Assembly: GCA_963422735.1 (NCBI GenBank)
Contig: OY730476.1
Span: 224,001-288,000, forward strand
Direction: 5' to 3'
DNA: 64,000 nucleotides
Origin: Candidatus Latescibacterota bacterium
GTDB lineage: Bacteria; Latescibacterota; UBA2968; UBA8231
Shown one piece after another: positions 37,205-47,353 of this stretch. Numbering within the stretch: position 1 is the stretch's first letter; every line of letters begins with the position of its first letter. The notes under the pieces are model-generated. The model did not search any database. It was not told the origin of the DNA and was given only the letters and a program-made list of their open reading frames with translations. The position numbers were made by a program, and so were the translations under genes.

Positions 37205-40200
37205 ATGAAGGCATATACCACGCCCTTGGGGCTGGTCGGCGCGGTGCTGATGGTCGCGGGTGGCTCGGCCTATCTGCTCAATGCCGAGAGTGGCTCGGCT
37301 GGGCTTTTCAACTTGGCACTCGGCGCCCTGATGGTGGCCGCGGCCGGGCTTCTCAACCCAGCGCTTTTCCGCCAGTACGGCCGCTGGCTCAACGCCTTTT
37401 GGGGCAGCATCATGGTTTTCGGCATTGTGGCGATGGTCAATTTTTTGGGCAATAACTATCCCGAGCGATTCGACCTGACCGAGGGCCGGCTGCACAGCCT
37501 CGCCGACCTGACGGTGGAGACGCTCAAGGCGCTAGACCAGGATGTCCAGGCCCTCGCCTTTATGGAGGGGGGCGAAAACGCCGAGCTCGAACTGCTGTTG
37601 GCCGAGTTGGAGACGTACAATACCCGCTTCAGCTACGAATTCATCGACCCGGACCGCGATCCGCGCCGCACCGAGGACTACGGCGTCCGCCGCTACGACA
37701 CGCTGGTGTTGGAAAGCGGCGACAAACAACAGCAAATTACCGAACTCAAAGAGCGCGAGATCGTCAACTCGCTGCTCAAGCTGACGCGGGAGCGCCAAGA
37801 CCGGATCTACTTGACGGTGGGGCACGGCGAGCGCCGGCTCGCCAACCAACCCGATGGGCTAGAGCAGCTACGGGCCCAATTGGGAGAGATCGACTACGCG
37901 GTCGAAGATTCGCTCTTCCTCGCCCGCGAGGGGGCGGTGCCCGAAAATTGCGCCGTGCTGGTCATAGCTGGCCCGCGCACTCCCTTCTTCCCGGTGGAGG
38001 TCGAGGCCATACGCTCCTACCTAGCAGCAGGCGGTGCCCTGCTGTTGCTCTTGGATCCGCTCGCCGATAGCGGCTTAGAAAAGCTGTTGGGCGAGTGGGG
38101 CGTGGCGGTCGGCGACGACTTCGTCATCGACACCAGCGGCGTCGGCTCGCTCTTTGGCCTCGACTTTACCACGCCGGTCGCTCTCTCCTACGGCGACCAT
38201 CCAGTCACGCGCAAGCACCAGGGCATAATGACCTTCTTCCAACTCGGGCGCTCGGTGCGCTTTGACGAGGGCAGTGGCCGCGAAGGGGCCATCCTAGTCC
38301 AGACATCGGAGTCCGGTTGGGCCGAGACCGACTTGAGTGTGCTCACCAGCGAGAGCAATCAGACGGTCAAGCTCGACGAGGGCGTCGATCAGCCCGGGCC
38401 GGTGTCCTTGGCCATAGCTGCCCGAGACACCGAGGCCGGGGGTCGCTTGGTGGTCTTTGGGGATTCGGACTTTGCCACCAACCAGTACTTCGGCGTCCAG
38501 GGCAACGGCGACTTGGTGCTCAACGCCCTAAGCTGGCTGGCCGAAGACGAGGCTCTGATCTCGATCCGTCCCCGCGAGCCGGGCCACAATCCCATCGCCC
38601 TGACCGAAAGCGACAGCGAGTGGATTTTCTGGCTTAGCGTGGTGCTCTACCCAGGGCTGATCGCCTTGGTCGGCATTGTGGTCGTCTCGCGCAAAGGGCG
38701 CTGGAGCTTGGCCGACTTGAGCGCGGCCGGGTTGGGCATTGTGATTTCGCTCGGCATTGCCGCGCTGATCAACTTCCTCGGCGACCGCTACCACCTCCGC
38801 AAGGACATGACGACCGACGCGCTTTTTACGCTCTCGGCCGACACCCACAGGCTCCTTGCCCCGCTCGAAGACAACGGCCAGTACGTCAGCGTCAAAACCT
38901 TCATGGGCGAGATGGAGAACATGCGCTTTGAAGACCTTTTAAGGGAATATAGCTATGTGTCGTCCAACTTCGACTACGAGCTGCTCGATCCGCAGAAAAA
39001 CCGGCTGCGCGTCGAGCAGAACAGCATCCGCGAGCGCGGGACTTCGATTATTGAAGTGATCGACGAAGGGCAGGTGAGTACCGAGCGCATCACCGCCCAG
39101 AGTGAAGAGGCGTTGAGCAATGCCATTCTCAAGGCACTCAAAGGCCGCGAGCTAAGGGCTTATTTCACCAGTGGCCACGGCGAGGCCGAGCTGGACCAAG
39201 TCGATGAGCAGGGCTATTCCACCCTCAAAGGCCGTCTCAAGGAGCTAAATTTCGCGGTCGAGGGGGGGCTGACGCTCGCCGAGCCGGTGCCCGACGACGC
39301 CACATTAGTGGTGGTTTTGGGGCCGCAGGAGCGTTTTGTCGCGGCTGAGGCCGAAGTGCTGCGGCAGTACTTGGCTCGCGGGGGCAGTGCGCTGTTGTTG
39401 CTCGATCCGGGCCAGCCGACCGGGCTTGAAGCGCTGTTGAACGAGTACTCAGTCGAGCTGGGGCAGGACTTCGTCGTCGATCTGAGCGGCTTGGGCCAGC
39501 TCTTTGGCGCAGATGCCTCAGTGCCGGTGGTCATCAACTACGGCGATCACCCGATCACCCAAAAGCTATCCGCCGGCACGATGAGCTTCTTCCCGCTGGC
39601 GCGTTCGGTGCAGCTTGCCGAACACCGGCTCAAGGAGCCGGACATCGCCGCGTTGGCGTACACCCACAAAAGCAGTTGGGGCGAAATGGACCTCGCGCCG
39701 ATAGTAGGCGAGGGCGGCGAGGTGGAGTTCGACCCAGAAGTGGATATGCGCGGCCCGGTGCCGCTGGGCGTGGCGGTCTCCGCAGATGCGGATACCAGTT
39801 TGGCGCCCGAGGGACGGACGCGCTTGGTGGTGATTGGCGACGCAGATTTTGCCTCCAATCAGTACTTTGCCCAGCAGGCCAATGGCGAGCTATTTATCGG
39901 CAGCGTCAGTTGGCTGACCGAGGATGAAGACCGCCTGACCATCGCCGATAAGCAACCCGCCTTTAATCCCATCAATCTGATCGGCAATCAGGGTGCGGTC
40001 ATTTTGTGGATCTCGGTGTTCATCGTGCCCTTTGCGGTCGCTTTGTCGGGCATGGTCATGGTGCTCAGGCGCGGCTATCAGACCTATGCCGACGGCTTTG
40101 TGTCGTGGCTGGTGTACATCTTTTGGGGCAATGCTACGTTCTTTTTCATCAGCGGCATCATTGCCATCAGCGAGGGGGCGGTCTTTGAAGGCGAGGTCAA

Positions 40201-40456
40201 ATTGATCGCGGCCTTGGCCTCGGCGGCCATTGGCTACGGCCTCTATCGGCACGCGGCGTGGGCTTGGCAGTCCGGCTTGGTGTTTTCGGTGTTGTGCGCT
40301 GGCGTGGTCGCACTAACGATTTTCACCGGCGCCAGCCTTGGTTTCTCGCTGATTCCCAACGAGACGGTCCAACTGCTCTACGCCGCGGTATTCGTGGTCA
40401 ACGCGGCCATTCTCGTGTGGATTAAAAAGGTCTTTGTACAAGAGGAGCTAGCATGA
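37205..40456 (+). CDS. GldG-like ABC auxiliary protein with two tandem GldG modules
   Basis: Motif set DLT..GHGE..GP..LLLLDP..HP.T..GD.DFA.N..NG.L...WL.E occurs twice; alternative start at 37190. Confidence 0.85.
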   Translation: MKAYTTPLGLVGAVLMVAGGSAYLLNAESGSAGLFNLALGALMVAAAGLLNPALFRQYGRWLNAFWGSIMVFGIVAMVNFLGNNYPERFDLTEGRLHSLADLTVETLKALDQDVQALAFMEGGENAELELLLAELETYNTRFSYEFIDPDRDPRRTEDYGVRRYDTLVLESGDKQQQITELKEREIVNSLLKLTRERQDRIYLTVGHGERRLANQPDGLEQLRAQLGEIDYAVEDSLFLAREGAVPENCAVLVIAGPRTPFFPVEVEAIRSYLAAGGALLLLLDPLADSGLEKLLGEWGVAVGDDFVIDTSGVGSLFGLDFTTPVALSYGDHPVTRKHQGIMTFFQLGRSVRFDEGSGREGAILVQTSESGWAETDLSVLTSESNQTVKLDEGVDQPGPVSLAIAARDTEAGGRLVVFGDSDFATNQYFGVQGNGDLVLNALSWLAEDEALISIRPREPGHNPIALTESDSEWIFWLSVVLYPGLIALVGIVVVSRKGRWSLADLSAAGLGIVISLGIAALINFLGDRYHLRKDMTTDALFTLSADTHRLLAPLEDNGQYVSVKTFMGEMENMRFEDLLREYSYVSSNFDYELLDPQKNRLRVEQNSIRERGTSIIEVIDEGQVSTERITAQSEEALSNAILKALKGRELRAYFTSGHGEAELDQVDEQGYSTLKGRLKELNFAVEGGLTLAEPVPDDATLVVVLGPQERFVAAEAEVLRQYLARGGSALLLLDPGQPTGLEALLNEYSVELGQDFVVDLSGLGQLFGADASVPVVINYGDHPITQKLSAGTMSFFPLARSVQLAEHRLKEPDIAALAYTHKSSWGEMDLAPIVGEGGEVEFDPEVDMRGPVPLGVAVSADADTSLAPEGRTRLVVIGDADFASNQYFAQQANGELFIGSVSWLTEDEDRLTIADKQPAFNPINLIGNQGAVILWISVFIVPFAVALSGMVMVLRRGYQTYADGFVSWLVYIFWGNATFFFISGIIAISEGAVFEGEVKLIAALASAAIGYGLYRHAAWAWQSGLVFSVLCAGVVALTIFTGASLGFSLIPNETVQLLYAAVFVVNAAILVWIKKVFVQEELA

Positions 40457-41868
40457 AATTCAAGACCAATGCAGTGATCGGCCTAATTTTCCTCGCGCTG
40501 TTGGCCTTTGTCTATTTCTACGAGATCAAGGGGGGCGAGGAGCGCCGCCAAGAAGCCGAAAAATCCAAGCAGCTATTCGCCTTCCAAGACGGCGAAGCAC
40601 AGCGGCTTGAGCTGTTGCGCGGCAGCGATGCCTTGGTATTGGACAAGGGGGCGAGCGGCTGGAACCTAAGCGCACCCATGACCGACGGCGCAGACCAAGA
40701 AGCCGTAGAACGCTACTTGCGCAATTTGCGCGAGAGCGAGCGGGAGAAGGTGATCGTCGATAGCGCGGCTGCGACCGCAGAGGAAGCCGCCCAATACGGG
40801 CTTGATGCGCCGCGGCTCAGAGTGCGGCTGCAAACCGAGGACGGCACCGAGCGGGTGGTGGCTTTCGGGTCGGACAGCCCAACCGACAGCTTCACCTATG
40901 CCCAGCTACAAGGCGACAATCCCGAGATCTTTGCGGTGCGCGCTTGGCGTTTCGACAATTTCGACAAGCGCGCCTTTGATCTGCGCGATCGCCGGGTGCT
41001 CGCCTTTGCCAAAGACGAGGTGGTACAGGTGCAACGGTGGGGCGCAGGTGGCGCGGCCGTGCTGGCGCGGGCCGAACCCGGCTGGCAATTGCGCGAGCCG
41101 GTAGCCGCCCGGGCCGCCGCCGACGCGGTCGATGGCCTGCTCGACAAAATCGACCAAGCCGAGATCGAGGCTTTTGTCGCCGAAGATCCAGATGCCGACG
41201 CCTTGGCCGCCTATGGCTTGGGGGAGAGCGCACCACAGGTAGAGATCGCCTTGCTCGTCGGCGAAGACCGGGCCGAGAAGCGCTTGGCCATTGGCGGCGC
41301 GGACGAACAGGGCCGTTGGTACGCACGCGACGCCAGCCGGCCACAAGTTTTCTTGGTCGATTCGACGCTGGTACAAGAGCTTACCAAAGGCATCTCCGAC
41401 CTGCGCGACAAAAAGCCCTTGCGCTTTGAGCGCGAGCAGGTCGAGCGCATCGTCCTGACTCGCGGGGCTGCGACCGCGTTTGCGGCCGACAAGGACACGA
41501 GCGGTGCGTGGAATCTATCCGAGCCTGTGGGGCGCGACGCCAAATCGTGGAAGCTCAATAGCCTCCTGAGCGACTTGGAGCAACTCGAAGTCGAGGATTT
41601 TGCCGACGAGCTGCCCGCCGAGGCCGAGGCCGCTTTCAGCCTCCAGCTTCTCAGCGCAGGGCAACCTTTGCTGACAGCGCGCTTCAGCGAAGCCGCCGGG
41701 ACCTCGTACCTGCAACAGGACGAGGACGACGCAGTGTACGTGGTCAGTAGCGACGACTTCGCCGAGTTGGACTTGGGCCTAGACGACGTGGCGCAAGCTC
41801 CCAAAAAGCCGGCTGCACCCGCCGCTGGCAGCGAAGACCCCAACGACGGCGGCGCTGACAGTCCGTAA
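40453..41868 (+). CDS. DUF4340 domain protein
   Basis: N-terminal TM; repeated W.L..P...AD, YGL..P and DLRD(R/K) modules. Confidence 0.8.
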   Translation: MKFKTNAVIGLIFLALLAFVYFYEIKGGEERRQEAEKSKQLFAFQDGEAQRLELLRGSDALVLDKGASGWNLSAPMTDGADQEAVERYLRNLRESEREKVIVDSAAATAEEAAQYGLDAPRLRVRLQTEDGTERVVAFGSDSPTDSFTYAQLQGDNPEIFAVRAWRFDNFDKRAFDLRDRRVLAFAKDEVVQVQRWGAGGAAVLARAEPGWQLREPVAARAAADAVDGLLDKIDQAEIEAFVAEDPDADALAAYGLGESAPQVEIALLVGEDRAEKRLAIGGADEQGRWYARDASRPQVFLVDSTLVQELTKGISDLRDKKPLRFEREQVERIVLTRGAATAFAADKDTSGAWNLSEPVGRDAKSWKLNSLLSDLEQLEVEDFADELPAEAEAAFSLQLLSAGQPLLTARFSEAAGTSYLQQDEDDAVYVVSSDDFAELDLGLDDVAQAPKKPAAPAAGSEDPNDGGADSP

Positions 41869-42800
41869 TGTATTTCGGCGGTCTGCTCGCCGCGCTAGTC
41901 ATCCTCGCCGAGGGGCTGCACGCCCAAGCTCCTCGGGCCGAGGCGGCTTTGGACACCGCGGCGGCTCGAATCGGCGATCCCATCCGCCTGACGCTGACGC
42001 TCCACCACGACGCCACCGCGCATCCCGAAGCCCCGGATCTGCCCCAGATCCTGCGGGAGTTTGCCCCCCGTTGCGCCGGCTGGCACCAGCGCGAGACCGA
42101 GGCCGGCTTTGCACTAGTGCAAGAATGCGAGTTGCGTCTGTACGAGCTGGGGCTACACGAGGTGCCGGCCGTGGCCGTGCCTTTTGCCACCGCGGCGGGC
42201 GACACGCTCCTGCGCGAGACCCAACCCTTAGCCATAGAGGTCATCAGCGCCCGAGGCGAAGGGGAGGATCAACTGCGCGACATCAAACCGCCCGTACTCG
42301 TCAGCGGAGGGGTGCCTTTGTGGGTGGTCGTAGTAATCGGACTGCTGGCGTTGGTGCTTTGCGCGCTCGGCGGCGTCTGGCTCTGGCGTCGCCGCACCCG
42401 CGCCCTGGAGCCTTCGCCCCCGCCCAAGCCGATGGACTACGCGGCTGAATTCGCGCGCATTGCCGAGAGCGGTCTCTTGGAACGCGGCGATTTCAAAACA
42501 TACTACTCGCTGCTTGCGGAAAACCTGCGCCGCTTCTTGGAGCAGAGCTTGGCAATTGAAGCGATGGAGCAGACCACGGCTGAGTTAGCGGACGCGCTCG
42601 GAGGTGCTGAAGTTGATGCCTCGCTTAGGCAGCAGATCATCGACTATTTGGGCGCGGCCGACTTGGTGAAGTTCGCCCGCTTCCATCCGGCGCTGGACGC
42701 GGCCCGGCGTGCGCCGGATGTCGGCCTAGCCCTATTGCGCGCTATCGAAGAAGCGGTCGCACCCCGCGCTTTTGAGGCTCATGCAGAACATCCGGTTTGA
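41868..42800 (+). CDS. Bat-operon membrane protein (BatD-like N-terminus, single TM)
   Basis: IGDPIRLTL, LRDIKPP plus TM, AMEQTTAEL, ADLVKFA. Confidence 0.75.
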   Translation: MYFGGLLAALVILAEGLHAQAPRAEAALDTAAARIGDPIRLTLTLHHDATAHPEAPDLPQILREFAPRCAGWHQRETEAGFALVQECELRLYELGLHEVPAVAVPFATAAGDTLLRETQPLAIEVISARGEGEDQLRDIKPPVLVSGGVPLWVVVVIGLLALVLCALGGVWLWRRRTRALEPSPPPKPMDYAAEFARIAESGLLERGDFKTYYSLLAENLRRFLEQSLAIEAMEQTTAELADALGGAEVDASLRQQIIDYLGAADLVKFARFHPALDAARRAPDVGLALLRAIEEAVAPRAFEAHAEHPV

Positions 42801-43785
42801 AAATCCCGAGTGGCTGTTGTTGCTCCTGCTGTTGCCTGTTTTGCTCTACAGCTATGTGCGCGCACACCAGGGCCGCCGGAGCAGCGTACAGTTTTCCGAC
42901 CTTGGCGTGTTGCGCCGCGCCACGGCGTCGCTGTGGACCAAGCTCCGGCACGGCCTTCTCGTCTTGAAAATGCTCGGCTTGGGCTGCCTCATCGCGGCCA
43001 TGGCTCGCCCGCAAGCCGGGCGCGAGGTGCGGGAAATATCGGGCGAGGGCATCGACATCATGCTGACCTTAGACATCTCGTCGAGCATGGAACTGAACGA
43101 CCTAGACGAAGGCCAGAAGAGTCGCTTACAGGTGGCCAAAGAAGTGGTGGCTGACTTTATCTCCGGCCGCCACAGCGACCGCATCGGCATGGTCGTTTTT
43201 GCCGGCGAGAGCTTCACCCAGTGCCCGCTGACCCTCGACTATCGAGTGCTGCTGGAGTTTCTCCAAGGCGTGGAGATCGCCAGCGAGGAATGGGATGGCA
43301 CGGCCATTGGCATGGCGCTGATCAATGCCTGCAATCGCCTGCGCGACTCGGATGCCGCAAGCCGGGTGATTATCTTGCTGACCGATGGGGTGAACAACGC
43401 CGGCGAGGTCGAGCCGTTGACCGCAGCTGAGGTGGCCGCGGCCGTGGGCATTCGGGTTTATACGATTGGCGTAGGCAGCGACGGGGAGATTCGCCGGCCC
43501 GTACGCGGGGTTTTCGGCACTCGCTATCAGACCGTACAGGTGGAGATCGACGAGGAGACCTTACAGGAGGTGGCCGCGCGCACCGGCGGTCAGTATTACC
43601 GGGCGACCAGCGAGGAAAAGTTAGAGGCCATCTACCGCGAAATCGGCGAGTTAGAGGCGACCGAGATCAAATCCGAAATCCACCTGAACTACTCGGAGCG
43701 CTTCGCCTATTTTCTTTATATGGGCTTGGGTCTGCTATTGGTGGAGATCCTGTTGGCCCATACCCGCTTCCGCTCTTTGCCCTGA
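42781..43785 (+). CDS. batA: BatA VWA protein
   Basis: FENPEWL; DISSSM MIDAS motif; LLTDGVNN; RVYTIGVG. Confidence 0.88.
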   Translation: MQNIRFENPEWLLLLLLLPVLLYSYVRAHQGRRSSVQFSDLGVLRRATASLWTKLRHGLLVLKMLGLGCLIAAMARPQAGREVREISGEGIDIMLTLDISSSMELNDLDEGQKSRLQVAKEVVADFISGRHSDRIGMVVFAGESFTQCPLTLDYRVLLEFLQGVEIASEEWDGTAIGMALINACNRLRDSDAASRVIILLTDGVNNAGEVEPLTAAEVAAAVGIRVYTIGVGSDGEIRRPVRGVFGTRYQTVQVEIDEETLQEVAARTGGQYYRATSEEKLEAIYREIGELEATEIKSEIHLNYSERFAYFLYMGLGLLLVEILLAHTRFRSLP

Positions 43786-43791
43786 GTTTCT

Positions 43792-44814
43792 ATGCGCTTT
43801 GCGAACTTGTACCATTTTTGGTTGCTGTTGCTGCTGCCCTTGTTGGCGGCCTTTTTTACTTGGGCGCTTTGGGTGCGCGGCCGCGCCTTGGCGCGTTTTG
43901 CCCGCGGCCCGCTAGCCGAGAAGCTGACCCGCAACCTGAGCCGGGGCCGCCAAGTGGGCAAGTGCATCCTATTGGGGCTGGGGACCTTCTTTGCGATCCT
44001 CGCGCTGACTGGACCCCAATTCGGCACTCAACTCGAAATGGCCCAGCGCAAGGGGGTAGATGTGATGCTGGTGCTCGACGTATCGCGCAGTATGCAGGCC
44101 GCGGACGTCCAGCCGAGCCGCTTGGCGCGGGCCAAACACCAGATTCGCGGCCTGTTGGACTTGCTCAAGGGCGACCGGGTCGGGTTGGTGGTGTTTGCTG
44201 GCCAAGCCTTTGTCCAATGCCCGCTGACGACCGACTACGGTGCTGTGGAGATGTTTCTCGATGTGCTGGACGCTGGAGCCATACCGGTCCAAGGGACGGC
44301 CATTGGCGACGCCGTGCGGCTGGCCGTGCGCTCGTTTGACGAGGTCGAGGGCCAGCACAAGGCCATTGTGCTCTTCACCGATGGCGAGGATCACGTGGGG
44401 CAACCGCTGGCGGCCGCGCAGGTCGCCGCCGAACAGGGTGTGCGCATCTTTGCAGTGGGGCTGGGGACGTCCGATGGCGAGCTCATTCCCACCGAGGAGG
44501 GTGGGGGCGTGAGCTTCCACAAAGACAAACGCGGCCAATACGTCAAAACCCGGCTCGACGAGAGCGCCTTGCAGGACATGGCACTGGAGACCGGGGGCGA
44601 TTACTTTCGCAGTACCTTGGGCGGCGCGGAGTTGGCAGCCTTGTACGACCAGATCGCCGAGATGGATCAGCGCGAAATCGGCTCTACCCGCATCACCCGC
44701 TATCAGGAGCGTTTCCAATGGCCCCTATTGTTGGCACTTTGCTGTTTCTTGGCCGAGGCTTTCTTAGGCGATGCGCGGGTGCAGGCCCGCGAGTGGAAAG
44801 GGCGGTTCGCCTAA
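43792..44814 (+). CDS. batB: BatB VWA protein
   Basis: DVSRSM; QCPLTTDY; FTDGEDH; GELIP. Confidence 0.88.
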   Translation: MRFANLYHFWLLLLLPLLAAFFTWALWVRGRALARFARGPLAEKLTRNLSRGRQVGKCILLGLGTFFAILALTGPQFGTQLEMAQRKGVDVMLVLDVSRSMQAADVQPSRLARAKHQIRGLLDLLKGDRVGLVVFAGQAFVQCPLTTDYGAVEMFLDVLDAGAIPVQGTAIGDAVRLAVRSFDEVEGQHKAIVLFTDGEDHVGQPLAAAQVAAEQGVRIFAVGLGTSDGELIPTEEGGGVSFHKDKRGQYVKTRLDESALQDMALETGGDYFRSTLGGAELAALYDQIAEMDQREIGSTRITRYQERFQWPLLLALCCFLAEAFLGDARVQAREWKGRFA

Positions 44815-45569
44815 TGGGTATCCTATGGGTGATTTTAGGGATCTGGTTGGTCGTCTGCGGGGCGACCGTAGGCGATCCCGTGGCCAGCAAGAGCGCCGAG
44901 GCTTTGGATCACTACCAGCGCGGCGAGTACGATCAGGCCCTACAGCTCTACCGCGACGCCCTCCTCGACCGGCCCGACGCGCCCGAGCTGCATTTCAACG
45001 TAGGGAACGCGCTTTTTAAGCGCGGCGAATACGACCAAGCCCTGCGAGAATTCGAGCGAGTGCTCAGCACTGAGCAAAAAAAAATCCAAGCGCAGGCCCA
45101 TTACAACATGGGCAATAGCTTCTTTCAGCAGCAGGCATTTGAACAGGCCGTTGCCGCCTACAAGCAGGCTCTGGAACTAGATGCCGCCGACGAGGATGCC
45201 AAGGTGAACTTGGAGCTGGCGCTGGAGAAATTGCAACAGCAGCAACAGCAGGAGCGGCAGGACGATTCAGAGCAAAATCAACAAGATCAACAGGATCAAC
45301 AGCAGGACTCGGAACAAGATCAACAGGATCAACAGCAGGACTCGGAACAGGATCAGCAGGATCAGCAGCAGCAGGATTCGGAGCAAGACCAACAGAATCA
45401 ACAAGATCAACAGCAGGGTGGGCAGGAGCCGGAGGAGCAGCCCGCTGAGGAGCGATCCATTAGTCCCGAAGAAGCCCAGCAGCTTATGGATGCCCTCAAG
45501 AACCGCGAGCTCGAAGCTCAACAGCGTCGGTTTCGCGCCACCGGCAAAGCGCAGGCTAGGGATTGGTGA
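44814..45569 (+). CDS. batC: BatC TPR protein with Gln/Asp-rich linker
   Basis: HYNMGNS, AKVNLELA, DSEQDQQDQQQ repeats, ends RDW. Confidence 0.85.
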   Translation: MGILWVILGIWLVVCGATVGDPVASKSAEALDHYQRGEYDQALQLYRDALLDRPDAPELHFNVGNALFKRGEYDQALREFERVLSTEQKKIQAQAHYNMGNSFFQQQAFEQAVAAYKQALELDAADEDAKVNLELALEKLQQQQQQERQDDSEQNQQDQQDQQQDSEQDQQDQQQDSEQDQQDQQQQDSEQDQQNQQDQQQGGQEPEEQPAEERSISPEEAQQLMDALKNRELEAQQRRFRATGKAQARDW

Positions 45570-47353
45570 GTGCGCGTCTGGCCATCCCGCTTGTGCTGTG
45601 GGCCCTTGCAGCCCCCGGCGTTGTTGCAGCGGCAACGATTCAATTCGAGGCGTCTGTCGATCGCACGCGTTCTAGCGAGGGCGAGCCGATTCGCCTGACG
45701 CTCCGCATTACCTCGGACGAGCAATTGGGCCAAGTGACGCCGCCAGCGCTCGACTTAAAGGATTTCCACGTCGAGGGGCCAGCAACTAGTACGCGTATGG
45801 AGATGAGCAACTTCTCTAACGTCAGCTTTACCCGCGAGCTAACGTATGCCCTCTATGCCAAGCAGGCCGGCACCTTCACAATTGGCCCGGCCCGGCTGGA
45901 AATGGACGGTACGCCCTATCAGACCAAGCCCATTACTGTCGAGATCGTCCGTGGCACTAGCCGTGCACAAGCAGGCGCAGCAGACGCCCCCCCCCTCTTC
46001 GTGTTGGCGCATGCCGACCACGAGCGGGCTTATGTGGGCCAGCAAGTAACGGTATCCTACGACCTGTTCTACCGCATCCAACCGCGCAATGTAAGCTTCA
46101 ACAAGTTGCCGACTTTTGTCGGGTTCTGGACCGAAGATCTCTTTGTCGCCCAACAGCTAGAAGCGCATCAGGAGATGCGCGGTGGCGTGTCCTTCAACGT
46201 CGCGCCGCTGCGGCGCGTGGCCCTTTTTCCCACTGGCGCGGGGACCCACGCCGTCGGCACGTTGGCCGTTTCCTGCGACATACCGCAAAAGCGCTCGCGC
46301 CGCGGCGGCTTGCTCGACGACTTCTTCTCCAGCGATCCGTTTTTTGGCCGCTCTCGCTCGGTGCTCCTGCAAAGCGAGGAATTGCCAATCGAGGTCCTAC
46401 CGCTTCCAGACCAGGGCCGCCCCGCGGAATTTACCGGCGCGGTGGGGCGCTTCCAACTCAGCGTCGAGGCCCAGCCGACCCAAGTCGCGGCTGGGGACCC
46501 GGTGACGCTGCGCGTGCTGGTCGAAGGCGAGGGCAACATGGCCGCGGTGCAGCCTCTCCAAGTCGATGCCGCTGCTGGCGTCAAGCTCTACGACCCTAAG
46601 ATCGAGGAAGAAGAGCGGATTACCAACGGCGTGTACGGGGGCCGTCGCCTCTTCGAGTACATCTTGATTCCCGAGCAAGGCGGCACCCTGAACATCCCGC
46701 CATTGCGCTTTGCGTACTTCGACCCACACCAAGGACGCTATGAGGTCCTCGAATCTGCCCCCATCGCCATTCACAGCGAGGGGAGTGTCGAGGAGGAAGG
46801 GGTCAGCTACGGGCTGAGCCGGCGCGATATCGAGGCCGTAGGGGAGGACATCCGCTACATCAAGCCCAACGCCGAGGCCCTCATCGCGGGCATCCTGCTA
46901 CACAAGAGCTATTGGTTTTGGACCTTGCAGGGTGCGCTACCCATCGCCTTCTTGGCCCTGCTTTTGTGGCAACGCCACCAGCGGCGCTTGCAGGGCGATG
47001 TTGCGTACGCGCGCCAGCGCCGGGCCAAAGGCGAGGCTGGCCGCCGCCTAGCCCGCGCCGATGCCTTGCTCGCGTCTGGCACCGAGGCCGAGTTCTACGG
47101 CGAGGTCCGCGCCGCCGTGCTGGAGTTCGTGGCCGACCGCCTCAACCTCGCTGCGGCTGGCTTGACCATTGAGGTCTGCGCCGATGCCTTGGTGGTGCGC
47201 CAAGTCGAGGCCGAGACGATTGCGGCGTTGCGCGACCTGCTGACGCGCTGCGACTTTGCGCGCTTTGCACCCGAGGGCGGCCCGCCAACGGACCGGGCTG
47301 CGGCGCGGTGCTTGGCCGGGGAGATAATCGCGGGTTTGGAGAAGAGGATATGA
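45563..47353 (+). CDS. batD: BatD protein
   Basis: ASVDR, YVGQQV, FTGAVGRF, GEGN, YFDP, DIRYIK. Confidence 0.88.
   Translation: MVSARLAIPLVLWALAAPGVVAAATIQFEASVDRTRSSEGEPIRLTLRITSDEQLGQVTPPALDLKDFHVEGPATSTRMEMSNFSNVSFTRELTYALYAKQAGTFTIGPARLEMDGTPYQTKPITVEIVRGTSRAQAGAADAPPLFVLAHADHERAYVGQQVTVSYDLFYRIQPRNVSFNKLPTFVGFWTEDLFVAQQLEAHQEMRGGVSFNVAPLRRVALFPTGAGTHAVGTLAVSCDIPQKRSRRGGLLDDFFSSDPFFGRSRSVLLQSEELPIEVLPLPDQGRPAEFTGAVGRFQLSVEAQPTQVAAGDPVTLRVLVEGEGNMAAVQPLQVDAAAGVKLYDPKIEEEERITNGVYGGRRLFEYILIPEQGGTLNIPPLRFAYFDPHQGRYEVLESAPIAIHSEGSVEEEGVSYGLSRRDIEAVGEDIRYIKPNAEALIAGILLHKSYWFWTLQGALPIAFLALLLWQRHQRRLQGDVAYARQRRAKGEAGRRLARADALLASGTEAEFYGEVRAAVLEFVADRLNLAAAGLTIEVCADALVVRQVEAETIAALRDLLTRCDFARFAPEGGPPTDRAAARCLAGEIIAGLEKRI

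Noticed and set aside
45235-45420. Tandem DNA repeat in batC
   Set aside because: It encodes the Gln/Asp-rich linker usual in BatC-type proteins
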